Source: Oceanispirochaeta sp. (GTDB lineage: Bacteria > Spirochaetota > Spirochaetia > DSM-2461). Taken from it: DNA of 64,000 bases. Below, piece after piece: positions 18,485 to 27,605 of the stretch; the first letter of the stretch is position 1, and each line of letters starts with the position of its first letter. A program made the position numbers and the translations under genes. The stretch is from contig CAXXXD010000002.1 of assembly GCA_963663385.2 (NCBI GenBank), positions 128,001-192,000 on the forward strand. Reading direction: 5' to 3'. The notes under the pieces are model-generated. The model saw only the letters and a program-made list of their open reading frames with translations. It was not told where the DNA came from and made no database searches.

Positions 18485-20284
18485 ATGAAGACATCTATGA
18501 GAAAGATCGCCCTTCCTGTCCTGCTTCTGATGGTGAGCTCCGCATCAATAGGATTCCTTCTTTTTGGATTTCATCTGATTATCGGGCAGACTGAACAGAA
18601 AGGCCTGGCGGATATCAGGCAGATTCTGTACGAGTTAAGTATTTTACAGGAGACGGGTCCTTTTCCGGAGGGGAGATTGCAGGAGCTGGTTGTTCAGCAG
18701 AGCTGTCTGATTGATGCCAGGGTTATCATTATTGATATGGATTCCAGTCTTATGGCCGATTCCCGTCTGGGAGGCCAGGCTGTTTCCGGGAAGTATATCA
18801 ATGCGGAATTATCGGAGGCTAAAATCAGTAATTTTTCCTCCGGCTATATCCGGGATAATACTCAGGGAGTCATTCAGATAACGATTGCACGTACTTTTGT
18901 GACGGAGCCTCCTGTTACGCCAACGGGCAAAATGGTTATTTCCGTGACCTACCGCCAAGGAGAAGTTCATAGCTTTTTTCTGGCATTCATTGCCCTGTGC
19001 GGGGTGTTCCTCGTGACAGGAGCGGGTACGGTATACCTTGCCTTTACCCGTTTCTCCAGACAGCTCAACCGCCCTCTCACAAAACTGCTGCCATCTGATG
19101 ATTCCAGTGCCGGAGGAGGACTCGCCAAAATCAGAGTTGATGAAGGGGATGAAAAGTTAAGGGAGCTGGCTGATCTTTTTAACGCGCTGGCTGATAAATA
19201 TAACCTGCTTATTGAATCGGATAACAGGAAATACAGCCGTATCAATACCCTCCTGTCCCATTTGAAATCCGGTTTTTTAATGACAGATAGAGAGGGTCGA
19301 ATCATTATGGTTAATCCCGCCGCTGAGGAGATGCTTAAGCTGAATAAAATCGGTCTTTTCAAGATCCGTAATATTCAGGACTGTCAATCGGAAGTGCTGG
19401 GGAAAATCAGTGAAGCGATTTCCGATGTAAACAGCAGGCTGGAAACGGTGGAGTTTTCCCGGAAAACGGATGATGGTTCAATTCTGGAAATCAGTGTCGA
19501 GGCTGTATACAACAAGTATCGTCCACATGAACACAGCGGAGCTCTTGTAATCCTGCGGGATGTTACAGAATCCTGTCACCTTGAACAATTGAAGGATGAT
19601 TTTATTGCCAATGTCTCTCACGAACTGAGGACGCCCCTGACACTGATCACCGGTTTTGTGGAAACTCTGAAATCCTGGGAACTCCTGAGTGATGAAGACC
19701 GCAACACCTCTCTGAATATCATTGAGGTGGAGACGGAGAGGCTGAAAAAACTCATTAATGAGCTGTTGCTCCTTTCCAAAATAGAAGGGGATATCTCACG
19801 GACTGTTGAGGAGTCTCCCGTCAGGATTAAGGAAGTGCTGGAGAATGTGGTGACCCTGTTTGAGTCCATGAGGGAAGAAAAAACCATTGATACCCAAATC
19901 AGTATTCAGGATCCGCTTCCCGAAGTGATAGGTGTCGCCAGCTGGTACAGGCAGATCATTTTCAATATTTATCATAATGCCCTGAAATACACACCGGAAA
20001 ACGGAAGGATAAGGATCGCTGCTTATGCGGACCCTGAAAATATTACGGTATCCGTTTCCGATAACGGCAGGGGAATTCCCGAGGCAGACCGCGAGAAAAT
20101 CTTCGACAGATTCTACCGGGCCGGCAAATATACAAACCGTAAAATATCAGGTAACGGACTGGGCCTTACCATTACAAAACATATGGTTAATGAACTGGGT
20201 GGAACAATAACCGTTTCGGAATCCGAGGCGGGAGGCGCCGAATTTACAGTTGTTCTGCCGATTGTAAAAAATCTAAAGGATTAA
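18485..20284 (+). CDS. PhoR-like sensor histidine kinase (2 TM, HAMP, PAS, HisKA, HATPase)
   Basis: Start moved to ATG 18485. H-box FIANVSHELRTPLT, N-box NALKYT, G1 DNGRGI, F-box IFDRFYR, G2 GNGLGL. PAS-like MVNPAAEEML. Confidence 0.9.
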   Translation: MKTSMRKIALPVLLLMVSSASIGFLLFGFHLIIGQTEQKGLADIRQILYELSILQETGPFPEGRLQELVVQQSCLIDARVIIIDMDSSLMADSRLGGQAVSGKYINAELSEAKISNFSSGYIRDNTQGVIQITIARTFVTEPPVTPTGKMVISVTYRQGEVHSFFLAFIALCGVFLVTGAGTVYLAFTRFSRQLNRPLTKLLPSDDSSAGGGLAKIRVDEGDEKLRELADLFNALADKYNLLIESDNRKYSRINTLLSHLKSGFLMTDREGRIIMVNPAAEEMLKLNKIGLFKIRNIQDCQSEVLGKISEAISDVNSRLETVEFSRKTDDGSILEISVEAVYNKYRPHEHSGALVILRDVTESCHLEQLKDDFIANVSHELRTPLTLITGFVETLKSWELLSDEDRNTSLNIIEVETERLKKLINELLLLSKIEGDISRTVEESPVRIKEVLENVVTLFESMREEKTIDTQISIQDPLPEVIGVASWYRQIIFNIYHNALKYTPENGRIRIAAYADPENITVSVSDNGRGIPEADREKIFDRFYRAGKYTNRKISGNGLGLTITKHMVNELGGTITVSESEAGGAEFTVVLPIVKNLKD

Positions 20285-20287
20285 AAA

Positions 20288-21676
20288 ATGAAACAAAGTC
20301 ATGTTTTTTCAAAGGAAATAATGAAAGCCTGTGATATAAGGGGGATAGTCGGTTCCCAGCTGAATGAAACTGATGCCTATTTTATCGGAAGAGCATTTGG
20401 ATCCATCCTGGTCAGAATGGGTAAAAAGAGCTGCGTTATAGGGTATGACGGACGGTTGAGTTCGACGGGACTGGCTGTCAGACTGGTGAACGGGCTTCTG
20501 GAAAGCGGGATCAATGTCATTGATGTGGGGCTTGTCCCGACTCCGGTTGTCTATTTTGCTATTCATCATCTGAGAACGGATGCGGGGGTTATTATTACAG
20601 CCAGCCATAATCCTTCCGAATATAATGGTTTCAAGTTTCAGCTTGAAGACAGACCTTTTCACGGCAGGGAAATCCAGGACCTTGGCACTGTCAGTTCCAG
20701 AGGGGATTTCTGCAGCGGAAATGGTCAGCTGAGTTCTATGGAGATCAGGGATGCCTATGTCGAGTATCTGACCGGCTTCCTGGATGTTCCGGATAACAGT
20801 GAAATCTCAGTGGTATGGGATCCCGGTCACGGAGCCACCGCGGCCGTACTGTCATCTTTTCTGAAAAGGCTGCCTGGTACTCATTATGCTATCTGCAACG
20901 AGGTGGACGGCACATTCCCCTGTCATCATCCTGATCCCAGCCTGGAAGAGAATCTGGAGCACCTCAAACAGGCGGTTCTGGACAGAGGGGCCGATCTGGG
21001 AATTGCCTTTGACGGCGATGGAGACCGGCTGGGGATCGTAGACGGAAAGGGCAAGATGCTTATGGGGGATCAATTGCTTGTTCTCTTTGCCAGGGAGCTT
21101 CTAAAAAAATCTCCCGCATCCAGAATCATGTCGGAAGTGAAGGCCAGCCGTTTCTTCTCCGATGATGTAAAAGCCCGCGGGGGTGAGCCTGTTATCTGGA
21201 AAGTGGGGCATACAAATCAGAAGGACAAGATGCGGCTTGAGAGTATACCCCTGGCGGGAGAAACAAGCGGGCATATGTTTTTCGAAGAGAACCGGGGTCT
21301 TGACGACGGGATGTTTGCGGCGGTGAAGCTTTTGAATATTCTAATGGCACAGCCACGGAAACTTTCGGAAATCCGGGAAGCTTTTCCCCGTTATCATGAC
21401 AGCGGAGAGATAAGGATTCCTCTTGATTCGGAGAGAAGGGCGGAGTTGATTGAGGAGATTAAAACCAGATTCATTCAGGAAGGACGAGACTTTCTGGATA
21501 TAGATGGTATCCGGGCGGAAACAGCCGATGGATTCTGGATGATCAGAGCCTCCAATACGCAGCCTCATATGACAATCCGATGTGAAGCGGCTACGGAAGC
21601 AGGTCTTCGGGCCTGTATGGACGATCTGGACAGGCAGTTGAGATTGTCCGGACTGGCTCTGCCGTCCGGCTCCTGA
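20288..21676 (+). CDS. Phosphomannomutase/phosphoglucomutase (AlgC-like alpha-D-phosphohexomutase)
   Basis: DIRG, catalytic ITASHNP, metal loop FDGDGDR, sugar loop GETSGH, phosphate loop IRASNT. Confidence 0.92.
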   Translation: MKQSHVFSKEIMKACDIRGIVGSQLNETDAYFIGRAFGSILVRMGKKSCVIGYDGRLSSTGLAVRLVNGLLESGINVIDVGLVPTPVVYFAIHHLRTDAGVIITASHNPSEYNGFKFQLEDRPFHGREIQDLGTVSSRGDFCSGNGQLSSMEIRDAYVEYLTGFLDVPDNSEISVVWDPGHGATAAVLSSFLKRLPGTHYAICNEVDGTFPCHHPDPSLEENLEHLKQAVLDRGADLGIAFDGDGDRLGIVDGKGKMLMGDQLLVLFARELLKKSPASRIMSEVKASRFFSDDVKARGGEPVIWKVGHTNQKDKMRLESIPLAGETSGHMFFEENRGLDDGMFAAVKLLNILMAQPRKLSEIREAFPRYHDSGEIRIPLDSERRAELIEEIKTRFIQEGRDFLDIDGIRAETADGFWMIRASNTQPHMTIRCEAATEAGLRACMDDLDRQLRLSGLALPSGS

Positions 21677-21692
21677 TGCCAGGGGCGGGACT

Positions 21693-22778
21693 TTATTTCT
21701 TGTAAATATGAAAAAGGTCCCTGTCGAATTTCAGCTGCACCCTGTCTCCGGTTCGGTAGCTTTCTATTTTTTCACCTTTGTTCAACTGGTGAATATTTAT
21801 AAAGGATCCCTCGAACTCAATTCGATACTCCGTATAAGCTCCCAGGAATGAACGGAGGTCAATCCGCCCGCAGAAGTCTGTTTTCTCCCTGCTGATGCTG
21901 ATGGCCTCCGGTTTTATGGCAAGGTATACCTCCTCTCCTTCGAAGTACTGCAGCTGAGGTTCTTCCGATTCCACAACGATAATCCTCTCCTGCAGACGGA
22001 CCGTGATTCTCCTTCCCTCAATCTCCTCAACCTTGGCGGATATAAAATTGGCGTTACCGATAAAATCCGCCACAAAGGCATTGGCGGGGTTGTTATAGAT
22101 CTCTTCGGGGGTTCCTGTCTGAATCATTTTCCCCCTGTTCATAATAACAATCCGATCGGACATACTGAGTGCTTCGGACTGGTCATGGGTTACGTACAGT
22201 ACGGTAACCCCCAGCATCTGGTGGACCCGTTTTATCTCCGCTCGGGTCTGCATCCGCAGTTTGACATCCAGGTTGGAAAGGGGCTCGTCAAAAAGGATCA
22301 TCTCCGGTTTAAGGACCAGGGTTCGGGCCAGGGCAACTCTCTGCTGCTGGCCGCCCGAAAGCTCCCCCGGGTAGCGCTGTTCCAGTCCCACCAGATTGAC
22401 TACCTGACAGGCCATCGCCACATCGTTCCGGATAACATCACGGGATTTTTTCCGTGCCTTCAGACCGTAGGCGATATTTTCATAAACCGTTAGATGAGGA
22501 AAAAGGGCATAGCTCTGAAATACCATCGGCATGGACCTCAGGTAGGGAGGAACCCTGTTTATATTTTCTCCCTTCAGATAAATATCCCCTGCGCTCTGCT
22601 CTTCGAATCCGGCAATCACCCGGAGAGCCGTCGTTTTTCCGCAGCCTGAAGGGCCCAGTATGGTAATGAACTCCCCTTTCCGGATTTCCAGATCCATATG
22701 ATCCAGAGCCTTTATTTTATTTCCGTTTCCGGCATTGTATATTTTTGTCAGTTCAGACAGTTTCAGGTAATTATTCAA
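21693..22778 (-). CDS. ABC transporter ATP-binding protein (AfuC/FbpC/PotA-like)
   Basis: GPSGCGKT, LSGGQQQR, LFDEPLSNLD, VTHD. Confidence 0.95.
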   Translation of the reverse strand: MNNYLKLSELTKIYNAGNGNKIKALDHMDLEIRKGEFITILGPSGCGKTTALRVIAGFEEQSAGDIYLKGENINRVPPYLRSMPMVFQSYALFPHLTVYENIAYGLKARKKSRDVIRNDVAMACQVVNLVGLEQRYPGELSGGQQQRVALARTLVLKPEMILFDEPLSNLDVKLRMQTRAEIKRVHQMLGVTVLYVTHDQSEALSMSDRIVIMNRGKMIQTGTPEEIYNNPANAFVADFIGNANFISAKVEEIEGRRITVRLQERIIVVESEEPQLQYFEGEEVYLAIKPEAISISREKTDFCGRIDLRSFLGAYTEYRIEFEGSFINIHQLNKGEKIESYRTGDRVQLKFDRDLFHIYKK

Positions 22779-22787
22779 TCGATACCT

Positions 22788-24452
22788 CTACAATTGGGTC
22801 GCTGAGATTATCAGTCCGGTCCGTCCTCTCCGGTTCAAAAGGGAGATGAGAAAAACAATCACGGATATTATGATGATCAGGGAGAAGGACATGACCGATG
22901 CCGCTCCCAGCCGCATAATTTCCGTCTGTGCCAGAATGAGAACGGACATATGGTTCCATTTGGCTGATATCAGAAATATAATGGCGCTGATAGCGGTCAT
23001 GCTCCGGATAAAGGCATATGTGGCCCCTGCCAGAAAAGCCGGTTTTATCATGGGGATTGTAATCCTGCGCAGGATATGAAGGCTGTTTCCTCCCAGGTTG
23101 GCAGCTGACTCCTCAATATTCCCGGATATCTGGCTTAATGCGGCTATCCCTCCCTCCACACCGATGGGGACATTTCTGAAAACGTATACTGCAACCAGTA
23201 TAAAAGCAGTTCCGGACAGTTTGAAAGGGCTGTGGTTGAATGCCAGAACATAACCGATTCCCACTACTGTGCCTGGTATGGCATAACTTAACAGGGAGAG
23301 GAATTCCAGGGCTTTTATACCATAGATTTTTTTACGGACAGTCAGAAAAGCGATCATTACTCCCAGAACGGCTGTTATGGGTGTGGAGATCAGAGCCAGG
23401 AGAAGCGTGTTAAGCATGGTTTTGAAACCAACATCATAACTGTAAATAAAGTGTTCAGTTGTAAACGACCAGTTTTCTCCCCACAGTTTAATAAAACTTC
23501 CCATCACAATGGTTATATAGATAAGGATAATAAAAAGGGCTGTGGAGAGGCAGAGCAGAAAGAGAACCCTGCTAACGCTCTTTGTTACAAGCCCCGTTGA
23601 CTCTCTTCCGGTTTTTCCGTTTATTGTGACAAAATTCCGTCGTCTCAGTATCCTTTTCTGCAGATAGAATACCAGGAGTGTGGGTATAAGCAGCAGAACC
23701 GCAAGGGCTGTGCCGCGGGAGAGGTTCCCCATCCCTGTAAATTCCATATAGGCCTGTACGGAAAGAACATTGAAATCTCCCCCGATAATGATGGGGTTTC
23801 CGAAATCCGTGAGGGAACCGACGAATACCAGAAGCCAGGAAGCCAGCAGGCCCGGCAGGGTCAGGGGGAGAGTGATTGTCCGGAACACCCTGAAACGGGG
23901 CGCTCCCAGGTTCAGGGCAGACACTTCCAGATCGGGGTCCACAGCCTGTACGATTCCCGAAAGGATGAGGTAGGAGAGGGGAAACAGGCCTGTAATCTGC
24001 ACAAGCAGCAGTCCCCTTAATCCGTATATCCCCAGACTGTCCATCCCCAGAAGGCGTGCAGTAATCATTCCGTTCCGCCCGAACAGGAGGATTACCGATA
24101 GGGCAAACATGAAGGGGGGGGATATAAGGGGGAGGATGGCAAGGGCCTGAAAAAATCTTTTTCCCTTTATGGAAGCCCTGTGTATGGAATAGGCAAACAG
24201 AAAACCCATAACTGTGGCCCCCGATGCTGTCAGGGATGCCAGAAGAAGGCTGTTTGATATGGCTCTTAAATTCTGCTGCTGCGTGAATACATCCCGGTAA
24301 ACCTCAAGGCTGAATCCGCTCTCTCCTCTGATGCTCATTTTGAACGCCGAAAAGAGGGGGTAAATAATAAACAGCAGAAGCAGCAGGAAGATAACGAAGG
24401 CAGCGACTGCCAGATAGGGATCCCTTTTCCGGATATATAGCTTTCTATTCAT
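22788..24452 (-). CDS. ABC transporter permease (AfuB/FbpB-like)
   Basis: About 12 TM helices; PLISPPF, LEVSALNLGA, DFGNP, IEESAANLGG. Confidence 0.9.
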   Translation of the reverse strand: MNRKLYIRKRDPYLAVAAFVIFLLLLLFIIYPLFSAFKMSIRGESGFSLEVYRDVFTQQQNLRAISNSLLLASLTASGATVMGFLFAYSIHRASIKGKRFFQALAILPLISPPFMFALSVILLFGRNGMITARLLGMDSLGIYGLRGLLLVQITGLFPLSYLILSGIVQAVDPDLEVSALNLGAPRFRVFRTITLPLTLPGLLASWLLVFVGSLTDFGNPIIIGGDFNVLSVQAYMEFTGMGNLSRGTALAVLLLIPTLLVFYLQKRILRRRNFVTINGKTGRESTGLVTKSVSRVLFLLCLSTALFIILIYITIVMGSFIKLWGENWSFTTEHFIYSYDVGFKTMLNTLLLALISTPITAVLGVMIAFLTVRKKIYGIKALEFLSLLSYAIPGTVVGIGYVLAFNHSPFKLSGTAFILVAVYVFRNVPIGVEGGIAALSQISGNIEESAANLGGNSLHILRRITIPMIKPAFLAGATYAFIRSMTAISAIIFLISAKWNHMSVLILAQTEIMRLGAASVMSFSLIIIISVIVFLISLLNRRGRTGLIISATQL

Positions 24453-25467
24453 GTGCCGATCCGATTAACTGATTCCAGCGCTCCACAAGCCTCTGCTTGT
24501 TGGCGGCGCTCCATTGATCATCCTGATGGATAATCTCTACATCCCGGATTGAAAAAGCACCTGCCTGGTGAGGAATGTCCATAAAAGGGACAACAAAGTA
24601 GGAGGCAAAAATTTCAGCGGCCGATTCTCCCAGGGCCCAGTCATAGAAGCGGGCGGCAGATGCATCTTCCCTTTCCGGTCCGTTTTTTATCATGGAAATC
24701 GAAGCTATTTCGTACCCTGTCCCTTCATCGGGAAAGGTAACCGTAACGGGGTAACCTTCCTTTTTCAGGCGCAGGGCATCATGGGTGTAACCTATGGCTA
24801 TGGCAACTTCCCCTATGCTCATGTTTTTGCCGGGGGCCAGGCCGGAACGGGTGTAATGGGTTATGTTATTATCCAGCTTCTGAAGATATTCGAACGCTTT
24901 CTGTTCGCCCAGCAGCTGAATAAGCGTTGATATGGTGTTGTAAGAGGTTCCCGATGAACCGGGATTGGCCATCTGGATATGATTACGGTATTCCGGTTTT
25001 ATCAGATCCGCCCAGGAGTGCGGCGCCGGCAGTCCGTAGAGTTCCAGTTTTTCCGTGTTGCTGGCAAAGCAGAGGGGACTGGCGTAAAGACCTGTCCAGT
25101 AATCATCCGGATCCTTTAAGAGGGAGGGCATTGTGTTTATGGAGGATTCATAGGGTTCTGTCAGACCTTTGTTTTTGGCTTCTATATGGCCCAGTCCTAC
25201 CCCGCCAAACCAGATGCTGGCCTGGGGGTTGTTCCGTTCAGCCTCCAGCCGGGCAACGCATTCTCCGGTGGAGAGACGGATCCAGTCCACAGGGATACCC
25301 GTTTCTGCGGTGAAGGCTTTGAAAAGTTTTCTAGCCAGTTCTTCATCCAGTGTCGTGTAGGCGGTCACTCCGGGTGCCTTTTTCTGCCCGCACCCTGTGA
25401 GAACCGCGGTAGAGAGCAGGAGCAGAATAAACAGTCCGGGCAGGCGTTTTATTATTAAAATCTTCAC
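24445..25467 (-). CDS. Lipoprotein solute-binding protein, AfuA-like (sugar-phosphate type)
   Basis: Lipobox VLTGC; RLSTGE, WFGG, SSGTSY, YTRSG, YTHD, GTGYE. GTG start; overlaps the permease start by 8 nt. Confidence 0.85.
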   Translation of the reverse strand: MKILIIKRLPGLFILLLLSTAVLTGCGQKKAPGVTAYTTLDEELARKLFKAFTAETGIPVDWIRLSTGECVARLEAERNNPQASIWFGGVGLGHIEAKNKGLTEPYESSINTMPSLLKDPDDYWTGLYASPLCFASNTEKLELYGLPAPHSWADLIKPEYRNHIQMANPGSSGTSYNTISTLIQLLGEQKAFEYLQKLDNNITHYTRSGLAPGKNMSIGEVAIAIGYTHDALRLKKEGYPVTVTFPDEGTGYEIASISMIKNGPEREDASAARFYDWALGESAAEIFASYFVVPFMDIPHQAGAFSIRDVEIIHQDDQWSAANKQRLVERWNQLIGSAHE

Positions 25468-25471
25468 CTTG

Positions 25472-26161
25472 TCATCCTTTGATCCTTGCCAGTTTATAAC
25501 CTCTGCCCCTTTCGGTCAGAAGGTAAACGGGTTGGGAGGGATCCGGTTCGATTTTCTTTCTGAGGCGTCGGATATTGACCTTGACCATCTCCCGGCCCCC
25601 GTCCCAGTCTTCGTACCCCCAAACCTTCTTCAGCAGTACCTGCCAGGACATGACCCAGTCGATTTTCCTGCCCAATACTTCCAGGAGTTTATACTCAACC
25701 GGTGTGAGTTTCACTTCTTCACCATCGAAGAAAACCTCTTCCCTGTCCATTTTAATAAGGAGCTGTCCGGTTTCGATGGACTTCACTTCCTTCTGACCAT
25801 TGGATCTCTTCAGCAGTTTTTTTACACGGAGGGTCAGTTCCTTATGGTTGAAGGGTTTTCGGATATAGTCTTCCGCCCCTATTTCCAGCCCGGATATAAC
25901 ATCGCTGTCCTGATCGCGGCAGCTGAGGATAATAACCGGAATATGTTCGGAGATCTTTATCCTGTTGCATACTTCCAGACCGTTAATGCCCGGCAGGTTT
26001 ATATCCAGCAGAACAAGATCGATTTTTTCTTTTTGAACCAAACTGAGCCCTTCTTCGCCGGATCCCGCCTTGCGAACCTGAAATTCCTCGTCCTTCATAA
26101 GAAAATCAAGGATGGTAACCAGATGAGGATCATCTTCAATTATCAGAATTGTTTGTTCCAG
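25472..26161 (-). CDS. OmpR-family response regulator, apparently initiated at CTG
   Basis: The track ORF (start 26098) lacks the first receiver strand. The frame extends to CTG GAA CAA ACA ATT CTG ATA ATT GAA GAT GAT (xEQTILIIEDD), 6 nt after AAGGAG. Also LLDINLPG, DYIRKPF, VKVNIRRLRKKIE, TERGRGY. Confidence 0.85.
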   Translation of the reverse strand: MEQTILIIEDDPHLVTILDFLMKDEEFQVRKAGSGEEGLSLVQKEKIDLVLLDINLPGINGLEVCNRIKISEHIPVIILSCRDQDSDVISGLEIGAEDYIRKPFNHKELTLRVKKLLKRSNGQKEVKSIETGQLLIKMDREEVFFDGEEVKLTPVEYKLLEVLGRKIDWVMSWQVLLKKVWGYEDWDGGREMVKVNIRRLRKKIEPDPSQPVYLLTERGRGYKLARIKG

Positions 26162-27437
26162 AAAAAACTCCTTTGTAAAGAGGCAGAGTAAAGGACACTG
26201 TTGTTCCTGCCTGAGGCAGGGAACTTATATAGACTTTGCCCCTATGTTTTTCAATTATGTCCTTTACTATGGTCAGGCCCAGCCCCGCCCCTTCGTTCAG
26301 ATTTTTCGCCGGATCAGTTGACTGATAGAACTCATTGAAAACCTGTGATATCTCCCTGTTTTCAATCCCCATGCCCCTGTCATGAACAGATACAACGACG
26401 CACTGTTCATTTTCCTGAACCGTTATGGTCAGTTCCGAATCCTCCGGACTGTTCTTGCTGCCGTTATGAATCAGGTTCAGCAGAACCTGCTCCAGCCATC
26501 TTCTGTCCCCCAGGGTTTTCGACAGGAGGGCAGGGTAGTGGTAGCGGAGGGTCTGTCTCCGGGTTTCCAGATAGGGTTTGATATCCAGAGCTGTTTTTCG
26601 GATAATGGTTCGTATATCCAGAGGCTGCTGCTTTATGGAAAACCAGGCGAATTCCACTTTCACCTGGGAGAGGATATTTTCCACCAGAGCATTGAGACGT
26701 TTTGTATTCTCCAGGGAAGACGAGACCAGGGATTTCTGCGTTTCGTTGAGAGGCCCCGGCCTCTCCTCCATAATCAATTCATTGGATGTTTTTATTACAG
26801 CCAGAGGGGTTCTGAGTTCGTGGGTAAGGGTGGAAAGCAGTTTGTTTTTATTATCCACAAGATTTTTCATATACTCGTACTCTCTGTTTTCCTTTCTGTC
26901 CTTCAGCCTTATCATTTTTACAAGCAGAACAAGGGAGAGGAGCGCCCCTGCGGCATAGAGGATCTGTCCGGTTTCACCCCGTAAAACAAATCCTGCCGTT
27001 GTCAGGACTGTCAGAAGTCCCGCGAAGAGAGAAATAACGGCTCTCTTCTGTTTTTCCATTACAAGCTCTACCGTTTGCAGACTGATAAAAGGCAGAAGGA
27101 GGAAAAAATCCAGAAAAAGGGTAAAAGCTGCCGTCATGACAAGATCGGAAGTTATAAAAATCATCGAGTTAAAAAAGTGATCCTGTTTTGTTGCAGCACA
27201 GTATGAGTAAAAAAGGATATGAAAGGTATACAGCCCGGTCAGGAGTATGACCATAGAACGAAAATCAATCTCCTTTGGGAAGATCTGCAGAATAATAACT
27301 GATAGAAGCAGAAGATATCGTATGATTTTTACTTTTTTCAAGGGAAATCCAATCCTCGCCGGCAGGAATCCTGCCGCTGTTTTATCCTCTTCCATTGTAT
27401 CGGAAATCACCGGTCTGTCCATTGCATTATTCATCAT
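26136..27437 (-). CDS. Sensor histidine kinase with multi-TM input domain and no extracytoplasmic domain
   Basis: Five or six closely spaced hydrophobic helices; LTHELRTPL, NLIHNGSKN, DRGMGI, FNEFY, GAGLGL. Confidence 0.9.
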   Translation of the reverse strand: MMNNAMDRPVISDTMEEDKTAAGFLPARIGFPLKKVKIIRYLLLLSVIILQIFPKEIDFRSMVILLTGLYTFHILFYSYCAATKQDHFFNSMIFITSDLVMTAAFTLFLDFFLLLPFISLQTVELVMEKQKRAVISLFAGLLTVLTTAGFVLRGETGQILYAAGALLSLVLLVKMIRLKDRKENREYEYMKNLVDNKNKLLSTLTHELRTPLAVIKTSNELIMEERPGPLNETQKSLVSSSLENTKRLNALVENILSQVKVEFAWFSIKQQPLDIRTIIRKTALDIKPYLETRRQTLRYHYPALLSKTLGDRRWLEQVLLNLIHNGSKNSPEDSELTITVQENEQCVVVSVHDRGMGIENREISQVFNEFYQSTDPAKNLNEGAGLGLTIVKDIIEKHRGKVYISSLPQAGTTVSFTLPLYKGVFSGTNNSDN

Positions 27438-27492
27438 AATTCTATTCCCCTCACTGTTTTACAGAAAATGCACGAAAGAGGAAATTCTGCAA

Positions 27493-27536
27493 GTTACAAT
27501 TCGGTAACAATCCAGTAACAGTTCGGTAACAATTGG
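27493..27536 (+). promoter_or_regulatory. Four tandem 11-bp direct repeats: OmpR/PhoB-type binding array
   Basis: GTTACAATTCG GTAACAATCCA GTAACAGTTCG GTAACAATTGG, just upstream of TTTCCA (27547-27552)-17 nt-TAGAGT (27570-27575). Confidence 0.8.
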
Positions 27537-27605
27537 GGATCTGCTGTTTCCAAGCGGGTATTCCTGCCTTAGAGTAAACCCAGAAATTAACAAGGAGAAA
27601 GAAAT

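Noticed and set aside
25472..26098. Truncated or pseudogene response regulator
   Set aside because: The frame continues intact to a CTG with a good RBS, restoring the full receiver domain.
25397..26984. 264-aa and 200-aa plus-strand ORFs over the two-component genes
   Set aside because: Antisense to a well-supported regulator and kinase.
27493..27536. Possible CRISPR or VNTR
   Set aside because: Units are 11 bp with no spacers and no cas genes; position and phase fit a transcription-factor array.
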